NCBI GenBank assembly: GCA_043799715.1
Contig: JAZDNM010000003.1
Location: 156,903 to 220,902 of the forward strand
Length of the DNA: 64,000 bases
From: an archaeon
Lineage (GTDB): Archaea > Nanobdellota > Nanobdellia > Pacearchaeales > DTIR01
Direction: 5' to 3'
The notes under the pieces were generated by a model. It worked only from the letters and a program-made list of their open reading frames with translations, did no database searches and had not been told where the DNA came from. Both the position numbers and the translations under genes were made by a program. This document shows positions 26,158 to 34,238 of this stretch, one piece after another. Positions within the stretch are counted from its first letter, which is position 1. Every line of letters begins with the position of its first letter.

Positions 26158-27696
26158 ATGGATAAAAATATGATTTCTGAACGGCTTGCGCAGAAGCCAT
26201 GCGCAATTGGCTTGCTTGGCAAGTGCTGCAAGAACTGCCTTATGGGCCCCTGCATACTTCTCAAGCCCAATGACCAGGGAGTTTGCGGGGCAAACATTGA
26301 TGTTGTTGCATCCAGGAATATATTGAGGTTTGTTGCAGGCGGAGCTGCTGCCCATACAGGGCACGCTTATCATATGCTTGAATATCTTGGCAAGGATTAT
26401 CCTGCGAGATATATAGAGAAAAAAGCTCCAAGGTATTTGTATAAATTATGGGAAAAGCTTGGGATTGTGCCTCATGTGCACTTTGAGCATTTCAAGGATA
26501 TTTCTGAAGCGCTTCATGCAAGCACAATGGGTGTTGATGCTGACTACAAACATATAATGGCTATGGCAATGAAACTCGGAATAATTGACGGCTATCTTGG
26601 GATGTATCTTGCCACTGAACTTGAGGACAATGAGTTCGGCTTGCCTTCTGTCAGAAAAGGCACTGTTGATTTGGGAGTTATAAAACAGGACAAGATTAAT
26701 ATTGCTGTTCACGGGCATTTTCCTGCGCTGGCAGAGGCTCTTGCCTCTGAAGTGAAAAAGAAAGAAAATTCTGATGTGAATTTGATTGGAGTTTGCTGCA
26801 CAGGCTCTTCTTTGCTGGCAAGGCACGGAATTCCACTTGCAGGGCATTTCATACTGCAGGAGCAGGTTATTTCTTCTGGATGCATTGAAGTCATGGCTGT
26901 TGATATGCAGTGCATAATGCCGAGCATTGCTGATTTGGCTGAATGCTATCATACAAAAATTGTCACAACAAATGAGATATGCAGGATTCCAAAAGCGCTG
27001 CATCTGCCTGTTTCTGACAAAAAATCAGCAGCTGATGCTGCAAAGAGGATTATCGCTCTGGCAAGAATAAACAGGCACAACAGGAGCAAAAATATCTCAA
27101 TAAGCAGCAGAAAAATAGAAGCTGTTGTCGGATTCTCTGAGAATAATCTGCCTTTGAATGAGTGGGCAAAAATGCTTGCTAATGGAAAGATTAAAGGAAT
27201 TATTGCTGCTATTGGCTGCGAGAACCCAAGAGTAAAAGAAAACTGGGTTGATTTTTACAAGGAGTTAAGCAAGGATTATATTATCCTGACAACAGGATGC
27301 ATATCATTCAGGCTGGCATCAGCTGGATTGCTTGACGGCAAGAGATTTTTCTCTCTTGGAAGCTGTGTTAATAATTCAAGAGTTGCAGAGGTTTTCAGGA
27401 GAGTTGCAGATATTTCTGGAAAGCAGATAACAGAACTGCCTTTCTTGATTTCCTGCCCTATGCCAACAACAGAAAAAGCAATAGCAATCGGCTTTTTCTT
27501 TGCTGCCTTTGGAGTGGATGTTCATTTTGGCTATCCTTTTATGCTGACATTAGATACAAAAATCTCTGATTTTTTAAAAAATCTGCTGAAGAAAGATTTC
27601 AGAAGCAAAATTTTTGTTGAAATGAAGCCTGATTTGCTTCTTGTGAGGATAAAGAAAGAGGGATTGAGCGATAAAATCAAGGCAAGAAAAGGATAA
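26158..27696 (+). CDS. cooS: Compact CooS-like Ni-CO dehydrogenase / prismane-family protein (512 aa)
   Basis: N-terminal D/B-cluster cysteines PCAIGLLGKCCKNCLMGPC...GVCGA. C-cluster ligand contexts are all present: AVHGHFP, GVCCTGSS, DMQCIMPS, IGCENP, TTGCIS, LGSCVNNSR. Confidence 0.75.
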   Translation: MDKNMISERLAQKPCAIGLLGKCCKNCLMGPCILLKPNDQGVCGANIDVVASRNILRFVAGGAAAHTGHAYHMLEYLGKDYPARYIEKKAPRYLYKLWEKLGIVPHVHFEHFKDISEALHASTMGVDADYKHIMAMAMKLGIIDGYLGMYLATELEDNEFGLPSVRKGTVDLGVIKQDKINIAVHGHFPALAEALASEVKKKENSDVNLIGVCCTGSSLLARHGIPLAGHFILQEQVISSGCIEVMAVDMQCIMPSIADLAECYHTKIVTTNEICRIPKALHLPVSDKKSAADAAKRIIALARINRHNRSKNISISSRKIEAVVGFSENNLPLNEWAKMLANGKIKGIIAAIGCENPRVKENWVDFYKELSKDYIILTTGCISFRLASAGLLDGKRFFSLGSCVNNSRVAEVFRRVADISGKQITELPFLISCPMPTTEKAIAIGFFFAAFGVDVHFGYPFMLTLDTKISDFLKNLLKKDFRSKIFVEMKPDLLLVRIKKEGLSDKIKARKG

Positions 27697-27759
27697 GATT
27701 TATAAATAAAATTTTTATAAGGATGGGATAGAGGTTAATTTGGGTAGATACAGATAAAG

Positions 27760-28125
27760 ATGGTGTTTTTTTGCATTCCGTGCCTTGCGCTGATACTTTA
27801 TTTTCTTATACTAGGAATTTTCGTTCCAAGATACAGAACTTATATAAAAGAGGCGTGGAGATGTTTTCTTGACAAGCTAAGAGGCAAGAAATGTTCTGTA
27901 AGCTTTGACAATAGGATGCACAAGGCGTTTATATTGTGGCTTGCAAAACACAACAGAGTGAAACTCGCGAGATTTTTCAGCAAAAAAAGGAATTTTGACA
28001 TTTTTGTTGCTGTAATGCTGGTTGTTGCTACTATTATAACAACATGGCTTGGATGGCTGCTGTACCAATACCTGTTCATAAAATCCCCATGCGAAGGCAG
28101 CACGCAGCCAATCTGCGTTGGTTAG
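27760..28125 (+). CDS. Hypothetical membrane protein with terminal Cys pairs
   Basis: Two TM helices. CIPC near the N-terminus and SPCEGSTQPIC near the C-terminus. Confidence 0.45.
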   Translation: MVFFCIPCLALILYFLILGIFVPRYRTYIKEAWRCFLDKLRGKKCSVSFDNRMHKAFILWLAKHNRVKLARFFSKKRNFDIFVAVMLVVATIITTWLGWLLYQYLFIKSPCEGSTQPICVG

Positions 28126-28172
28126 ATTTAAATATAAGCGAGCTTTAATGAAGAAGGATAAAAGAGGATAAA

Positions 28173-28523
28173 ATGGTGAAAGGCAAAAAAGAGTCATTAA
28201 GTGAAGAGATTAAGGAGATAAGCAGCGCGGATTTTGATCCGTTTATCAAAGAAAACAAGGTTGCTTTTGTTGATTTTTTCGCTGAATGGTGCATGCCTTG
28301 CGTCATGATGGTTCCGGTAGTTGAGGAACTTGCAAGAAGTTTCTCAGGCAAGGTTGCATTCGCAAAAATGAACATTGATGAGAATCATGACACTGCTTCA
28401 GGCCTGAAGGTTATGTCAATTCCCACATTCATGATTTTTAAAAAAGGAGAGCCTGTGCAGAGGTTCACAGGGGCAATGTCAGTTGACATGCTCAAGGAAA
28501 AAATAGAATCCTGTTTAAAATAA
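28173..28523 (+). CDS. trxA: Thioredoxin
   Basis: FFAEWCMPCVMM (WCxPC), cis-Pro context SIPTFMIF. 116 aa. Confidence 0.85.
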   Translation: MVKGKKESLSEEIKEISSADFDPFIKENKVAFVDFFAEWCMPCVMMVPVVEELARSFSGKVAFAKMNIDENHDTASGLKVMSIPTFMIFKKGEPVQRFTGAMSVDMLKEKIESCLK

Positions 28524-28524
28524 A

Positions 28525-29877
28525 ATGGCAGAAATCACAGACAAGGACATAGGGCAGATTATAAGCAATTTAGATGTTAACGAGCTTAAAGAGCAGAGCA
28601 ATGAGCCTGAGGTTGAACCTCTTGCATTTGCACTTGACAGGATTTCCGGCATTGCAAGGCGGCTTGGCGCTTCAAAAAAGCTTGTTGATAAAATCGCAGG
28701 ATATGACAGGACAATTGATTTTGATATTCCTGTAGTGCTTGAGCGAAGGGCTGGGGGAAAAGAGCTTATGAAGATATTCAGCGGATTTTGGATTGAGCAT
28801 AACAGCATTCTCGGGAAATACAAGGGGGACATAAGCTTCATGCCTGGATTAAGCATTGAAAAGGCAAAATTAAGCGCATTGCATTCAACACTGCAGAACG
28901 CAATGCTGGAACTGCCTTTTGGGGGAGCAGCAGGCGGAATAAGCATAAACAAGCGCATCCTCACTTTAAAAGAAATGGAAGGGCTTGCAAAGAACTATAT
29001 AAACAGCCTGTTAAAAATAGATGGTTCAGGCAAAGATATTTTTTCCGCAGGAGCAGGGTGCGAGGAGAGGATGATGTCTTTGATGTATGAGACATACAAA
29101 TCAAAAGTCAAAGGCACTTTGAAATCAGATTTTCTTGGAAAGCAGATGCAGGATGGGGGCATAAGAGCAAGAAGCAATGCAGTGGCGTTAGGCATATTCT
29201 TTATGATTAACGAAGCGCTCAAGGGAATTGAAGTAAGCGGCATTCCCGGATTGCAGAAGCACGACGATATCATAAAAAAATCACAGAAGGAGATGAAAGT
29301 GGCATTAATGGGATTTGGCGATGTTGAGAAAGAGCTTTCAATAATGCTTTCTTCTGCAGGATACAAGATTATAGCAATTTCAGATTCACTTGGAGGAGCT
29401 GCTTCTGCCTCAGGGATGTATGCAGAGGATGCTGCAAGATGGCAAAGAAATCATTCAAGCGTTGCAGGCATGCCAAAAACAGTGAAATTAAGCAGGGAAC
29501 AGATGCTTGAAGTAAGGGCTGATGTGCTTGTTGTTTCTTCCCCTGTGGAAATAAACACAAAAAATATGCATAAAATAAAGGCTTCAGTTGTTGTTGAACT
29601 TCTGCCTGTAATCAGCGCTTCTGCTCTTGCTGAAATTTCAAAATCAAGGGCTGTTGTTCCATACATTCTTTCAAGCTCTGTAAGGGCGTATGCAGACTAT
29701 CTTGAATTCCTGCAGAACAAGGAAGATAAATATTTTGACAGGAAAGAGATAGACAAGAAGCTTGAGGAAAAAACAAGGGAGATTTTCAGGATTGTTGATG
29801 GGATTTCAAGGCAGCATGCAGTTAATCTGCAGGATGCCTGCTATATTCTTGCGCTGCAGAATCTCGCAAAGATTTAA
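28525..29877 (+). CDS. Glu/Leu/Phe/Val-dehydrogenase-fold protein with substituted catalytic residues (probable pseudoenzyme)
   Basis: Aligns by eye to GDH (GFWIEHNSILGKYKGDISF; LPFGGAAGGISI; VALMGFGDVEKE..GYKIIAISDSLGG). Has GGAAGG where GDH has GGGKGG, KGDIS for KGGIR, and GFGDVE for GFGNVG. Confidence 0.65.
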   Translation: MAEITDKDIGQIISNLDVNELKEQSNEPEVEPLAFALDRISGIARRLGASKKLVDKIAGYDRTIDFDIPVVLERRAGGKELMKIFSGFWIEHNSILGKYKGDISFMPGLSIEKAKLSALHSTLQNAMLELPFGGAAGGISINKRILTLKEMEGLAKNYINSLLKIDGSGKDIFSAGAGCEERMMSLMYETYKSKVKGTLKSDFLGKQMQDGGIRARSNAVALGIFFMINEALKGIEVSGIPGLQKHDDIIKKSQKEMKVALMGFGDVEKELSIMLSSAGYKIIAISDSLGGAASASGMYAEDAARWQRNHSSVAGMPKTVKLSREQMLEVRADVLVVSSPVEINTKNMHKIKASVVVELLPVISASALAEISKSRAVVPYILSSSVRAYADYLEFLQNKEDKYFDRKEIDKKLEEKTREIFRIVDGISRQHAVNLQDACYILALQNLAKI

Positions 29878-29885
29878 CGATAGCT

Positions 29886-29893
29886 TTTTATAT
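29886..29893 (+). promoter_or_regulatory. TATA-like box for tRNA-Lys
   Basis: ttttatat centred about 26 nt upstream of the tRNA 5' end. Confidence 0.5.
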
Positions 29894-29915
29894 TCTCAGA
29901 ATTTTACGGGATTAC

Positions 29916-30044
29916 GGACTCGTAGCTCAGCTTGGTAGAGCACCTGACTCTTAGAGCTTTCTCTTTCAAAAGAGAAACTTCGGAAAGAGAAATTAAATTG
30001 CTCGGGATATCAGGGTGTCGCGCGTTCAAATCGCGTCGAGTCCA
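29916..30044 (+). tRNA. tRNA-Lys(CUU) with ~55-nt intron at the canonical 37/38 position
   Basis: Acceptor GGACUCG/CGAGUCC, D arm GCUC..GAGC. Anticodon stem CCUGA/UCAGG with loop CU-CUU-A interrupted 29954-30008. T arm GCGCG-UUCAAAU-CGCGU, discriminator A. No encoded CCA. Splice borders approximate. Confidence 0.85.
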
Positions 30045-30045
30045 C

Positions 30046-30056
30046 TTTTCTTTTTT
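30046..30056 (+). terminator. Oligo-T terminator candidate after tRNA-Lys
   Basis: ttttctttttt immediately after the discriminator base. Confidence 0.5.
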
Positions 30057-30068
30057 ATGCCTGCAGAT

Positions 30069-30515
30069 TTATTTTAATGCGATTATTATCGCGCCGAGAG
30101 TCATCAATGAAACGCCAAGTGTTGTTTTTAATGTGAATTTTTCGCCAAGGAACAGTGTTGCGAGGATAAGCACAAAAACAATGCTCAGCCTGTCTATTGA
30201 AACTACCCTGGAGGCATCGCCGTATGACAGGGCAAAAAAATAGAAAAGCCATGACAATGCGCCTGCAATTCCGCTTAATATGATAAAAGTAAGGGCGCTT
30301 TGATTAGAGAAAATAGAGCTGACTTCTTTCAGTTTTCCCTGTATCAATATAACTGCAACAAGAAATACAGCCATTACAACAGCCCTTATCGCAGTTGCGG
30401 TATTTGTGTCCACTCCCTTTAACCCTATCTTGCCGAAGATAGCAACAAGAGCTGCTGTTGCTGCAGAGAGCAGGGCAAATATCAGCCACGCGTAATTCAT
30501 GCCTGAAGGAGCCAT
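30069..30515 (-). CDS. EamA-domain (DMT superfamily) small transporter
   Basis: 148 aa, 5 hydrophobic helices. GIAGALSWLFYFFALSYGDASRVVSIDRLSIVFVLILATLFLGEKFT is typical of an EamA repeat. Confidence 0.7.
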   Translation of the reverse strand: MAPSGMNYAWLIFALLSAATAALVAIFGKIGLKGVDTNTATAIRAVVMAVFLVAVILIQGKLKEVSSIFSNQSALTFIILSGIAGALSWLFYFFALSYGDASRVVSIDRLSIVFVLILATLFLGEKFTLKTTLGVSLMTLGAIIIALK

Positions 30516-30702
30516 TTTTGATTTATAAATTTTTCATGCGCAATTATAGGGATTTTTGCCTGTTTTTTACTTACTAACCAGTGAAAAAAAGCAAAAAACC
30601 ATGATAAAATGCAGAAAAAACGAAACCTTTATAAATGCAGATTTTTTTGCAATATTTGAAAATTTTAGCTTAATTTTTAATGTTATTCAGGAGTATTCAA
30701 AA

Positions 30703-30912
30703 ATGCACGCCCTCCAGCCAAAACACACGAAATTAAAAGAAAAAGAGGGGGAGGATATCCTTAAGGAATTAAATGTTTCTCGTCAGCAATTGCCAAAAAT
30801 CAAGATTAATGATGCGGCACTGCCTCAGAATTCCCAGATAGGCGACATAATCACAGTGGAAAGGCATCTCGGAAAAGAAAAAAAGGGGTATTACAGGGTT
30901 GTTGTTGAATAA
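30703..30912 (+). CDS. rpoH: RNA polymerase subunit Rpo5 (RpoH)
   Basis: Track ORF starts at 30556. I prefer the Met at 30703, preceded by AGGAG. 69 aa: HALQPKHTKLKEKEGEDILKELNVSRQQLPKIKINDAA..GDIITVER. Position directly upstream of rpoB is the conserved archaeal order. Confidence 0.8.
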   Translation: MHALQPKHTKLKEKEGEDILKELNVSRQQLPKIKINDAALPQNSQIGDIITVERHLGKEKKGYYRVVVE

Positions 30913-30920
30913 TTTCAAAA

Positions 30921-33900
30921 ATGGCAGAACTTCAAAATCAGGGGCATAATGAAATTGACAGGGAGCATTTGCTCGTCAAAAAATATCTTTCGCAGCATTC
31001 TCTTGTTGAGTCAAACATAACTTCTTTCAATAATTTTGTTGAAATACGCATGCAGGAGATTGTTAATGAGATAAGGGAATCCCTGCCTCAGGAGGATATA
31101 GAGATAAAATTAGGGAGGATAAAGCTGAAAGAGCCTTCAATAATAGAAGCTGACGGCTCTGTCAGGAGAATCTCGCCAACAGAGGCAAGGCTCAGAAGCC
31201 TGACATATTCAGCTCCTGTCATGCTTGAGATAACAATCAAGCAGGGTAATCAGACAGAGCAGCAGGATGTTGAGATAGGAAAAATTCCGGTTATAGTAAA
31301 GAGCAAATACTGCAATCTTTCAATAAAAAACAAGGTAGCAAAAAATAAGGACGAGACAGAGGATTACAATGACCCTTTAGACACCGGCGGATATTTCATA
31401 GTCAACGGCAATGAAAGAGTCATGGTAATGATTGAGGACTTGGCCCCGAACCAGTTCTTTATAGAGAAAAACGCAGCAGAAAAAATGATGCTCAGGATTT
31501 TCTCGCAGAGAGGCGCATACAGAATCCCAATCCAGCTAGACGAGGGCTCTGACGGAATAATAAATGTCTCATTCTCCAGGTTCAAGAATATCCCTATTGT
31601 CGTTATGCTCAAGGCTCTTGGGATGCTGAGAGATTCAGATATCTCCAAGTACATAGGAAAAGAGTCTGATGCATTGATTGTCAACCTTTACGAGTTCGCG
31701 AATATACAGAGCTCACAGGATGCAATGATGTTCATAGCTGAAAAAACAGCAATGCAGGGCACAAAAAAAGAAGTTATGGACAGGATAAAAGACAGAATAG
31801 ACCAGTATTTCCTGCCTCATGTAGGCACAAAGCAGGAGAATAGGGCAGGCAAAGCAATTACTCTATGCAAGCTCGCAAGGCAGTTCCTGACTGCAAAGGC
31901 AAATCCTGATTTTATCACAGACAAGGACCATTATGCAAACAAGCGTGTAAGGCTCTCGGGAGATTTATTGGCAGACCTTTTCAGGGTTAATCTATCAGCA
32001 TTGATAAGGGATATACAGCACAACTTGCAAAGAACACTGAGAAGAAAAAAAGCATACTCAATAAAAACACTCGCAAAATCAACATTATTCTCCCACAGGA
32101 TTGAATCTGCAATCGCAACAGGCAGCTGGATAGGCGAAAGAACAGGAGTAACGCAGAACATGGACAAGACAAATTATCTCGCTGTACTTTCACAGCTGCA
32201 GAGAGTCTCAAGCCTGCTCCCAGGAGAACAGGAGAATTTCCTTGCAAGAACACTTCATCCGACGCATTACGGAAGGTTCTGCCCTGTTGAAACACCTGAA
32301 GGAACTGAAATAGGGCTCAGAAAGAACCTTGCACTGCTTGCAAGAATAAGCACCGCAGTCGAACTTGACGAGAAGGAATTCTTAAAATTCATAGAGGGCA
32401 AAGGGCTTCAGAATTATGAAAAGGAGATTCAGGGGGAAAATGTATTTGATGTTTTTTACAACGGGCAGTTTATAGGATTTGTTAAAGAGCCTGAAAAATT
32501 TGTTTCTGCAATGAGAGAATCAAGAAGAACAGGGAAACTGCCTATTGAATTAAGCATACGCCTTGACAATACAAATGCTCTCGTTGTAATATCAACTGAA
32601 ACAGGCAGGGTTCTCAGGCCTCTGATTATCGCAAAGAACAGCGCAAGCATGCTTGCAGAGGAGCACATGGAAATGCTAAGAAACAACACACTCTCATGGA
32701 ACGACCTATTGAGCAATGGTGTTATTGAGTATCTCGACGCATCTGAAGAGGAGAATGCCCTTGTTGCACTGAATGAATCAGAGATTACAGCAGAGCACAC
32801 TCACCTTGAAGCTGACAAGATTGATTTGTTAGGACTGGTTACAAGCCTTGTTCCATTCGGCAATTACAATCAGGCATCAAGGCTTAATCGTGGAAGCAAG
32901 ACGCAAAAACAGGCGCTTGGATTGTACTCAGCAAATTTCTTATGCAAGATTGACACAGATGTTAATCTATTGCACTATCCGCAAAAGCCGATTGTAAGGA
33001 GCTTTATCTATGATACATTAAATATCTATCCGGCAGGACAGAATGTGGTTGTTGCTATCCTCACATATGAGGGATATAACCTTGAAGATGCTATTGTCAT
33101 AAACAAGGGCTCAATTGAAAGAGGCTTGGGAAGAAGCACTTACTTCAGGCCTTACAAAACAACCGAGCTTCATTATACAGGCGGGCTTTCAGATGAAATA
33201 TGCGTGCCAAGCAAAGATACAAGTGGATACAGGACAGAAACAAGCTACAGATTCCTTGAAGACGACGGCATTGCATACCCTGAAGCCAACCTCGACGAGA
33301 ATGAGGTAGTTATAGGCAAGACATCACCTCCAAAATTTCTGAGCGAAGCAGGGGAAATCGCAATAAAAGCAAGAAAAGAATCAAGCATGGCAATCAGGTC
33401 GGAAGAAAAAGGGACAGTTGATGCTGTTTTTGTAACTGCAGATGCAGAAGGCAACAGGATTGTACAAGTCAGGACAAGAAATGAAAGAATTCCTGAAATA
33501 GGCGACAAATTCTCAACTGCGCACGGGCAGAAAGGAGTAATAGGGGCGATAATCCCTGAAGAAGACATGCCCTTCACATCAAAAGGCGTAAGGCCTGACA
33601 TAATATTCAATCCTCACGGCATCCCAAGCAGAATGACCGTTGGTTATCTTCTCGAAATGATGTCAGGCAAGGCAGGAAGCCTGGCAGGCAAGAGCATTGA
33701 CGGAACAATGTTCTCTGGAACAAGCATATCTGAACTTGAGAAAGAGCTACAGAGTTCCGGGTTCAGATATGACGGAAAAGAAACAATGTTCAACGGCATA
33801 ACAGGAGAGATGTACGGAGTCAAAATTTACATAGGCGACATGTACTACTTAAGATTGAAATATATGGTTTCAAACAAGATGCATGCAAGAGCCCTTGGAA

Positions 33901-34232
33901 AAGTTACATTGCTGACAAGGCAGCCGATAGAAGGCAGAAGCAAGGGCGGGGCATTAAGGCTGGGAGAAATGGAGCAGCAGGCGCTTGTTGCGCACGGAGC
34001 ATCATTGCTGCTGAAAGAAAGATATGATTCAGACAAGGTTACTGTCCATGTATGCATAAAATGCGGGATTATGGCAATAAAAGACAACATTCACAATAAG
34101 ATTTACTGCCCTATATGCCAAAATTCTCCTGTTGAGCCTGTGCAGATTTCATACGCATTCAAACTGCTTGTTGATGAGTTGATTTCACTGCACATCCTTC
34201 CAAGATTTGAATTAAAAAACAAGTACGAATAA
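30921..34232 (+). CDS. rpoB: RNA polymerase subunit Rpo2 (RpoB), unsplit
   Basis: 1103 aa. GDKFSTAHGQKGV, LRLGEMEQQAL, C-terminal Zn ribbon CIKCG..CPIC. Confidence 0.95.
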   Translation: MAELQNQGHNEIDREHLLVKKYLSQHSLVESNITSFNNFVEIRMQEIVNEIRESLPQEDIEIKLGRIKLKEPSIIEADGSVRRISPTEARLRSLTYSAPVMLEITIKQGNQTEQQDVEIGKIPVIVKSKYCNLSIKNKVAKNKDETEDYNDPLDTGGYFIVNGNERVMVMIEDLAPNQFFIEKNAAEKMMLRIFSQRGAYRIPIQLDEGSDGIINVSFSRFKNIPIVVMLKALGMLRDSDISKYIGKESDALIVNLYEFANIQSSQDAMMFIAEKTAMQGTKKEVMDRIKDRIDQYFLPHVGTKQENRAGKAITLCKLARQFLTAKANPDFITDKDHYANKRVRLSGDLLADLFRVNLSALIRDIQHNLQRTLRRKKAYSIKTLAKSTLFSHRIESAIATGSWIGERTGVTQNMDKTNYLAVLSQLQRVSSLLPGEQENFLARTLHPTHYGRFCPVETPEGTEIGLRKNLALLARISTAVELDEKEFLKFIEGKGLQNYEKEIQGENVFDVFYNGQFIGFVKEPEKFVSAMRESRRTGKLPIELSIRLDNTNALVVISTETGRVLRPLIIAKNSASMLAEEHMEMLRNNTLSWNDLLSNGVIEYLDASEEENALVALNESEITAEHTHLEADKIDLLGLVTSLVPFGNYNQASRLNRGSKTQKQALGLYSANFLCKIDTDVNLLHYPQKPIVRSFIYDTLNIYPAGQNVVVAILTYEGYNLEDAIVINKGSIERGLGRSTYFRPYKTTELHYTGGLSDEICVPSKDTSGYRTETSYRFLEDDGIAYPEANLDENEVVIGKTSPPKFLSEAGEIAIKARKESSMAIRSEEKGTVDAVFVTADAEGNRIVQVRTRNERIPEIGDKFSTAHGQKGVIGAIIPEEDMPFTSKGVRPDIIFNPHGIPSRMTVGYLLEMMSGKAGSLAGKSIDGTMFSGTSISELEKELQSSGFRYDGKETMFNGITGEMYGVKIYIGDMYYLRLKYMVSNKMHARALGKVTLLTRQPIEGRSKGGALRLGEMEQQALVAHGASLLLKERYDSDKVTVHVCIKCGIMAIKDNIHNKIYCPICQNSPVEPVQISYAFKLLVDELISLHILPRFELKNKYE

Positions 34233-34238
34233 AAACAA

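Noticed and set aside
29932-30243. 103-aa + strand ORF
   Set aside because: It begins inside tRNA-Lys, runs through its intron, and is then antisense to the EamA transporter gene.
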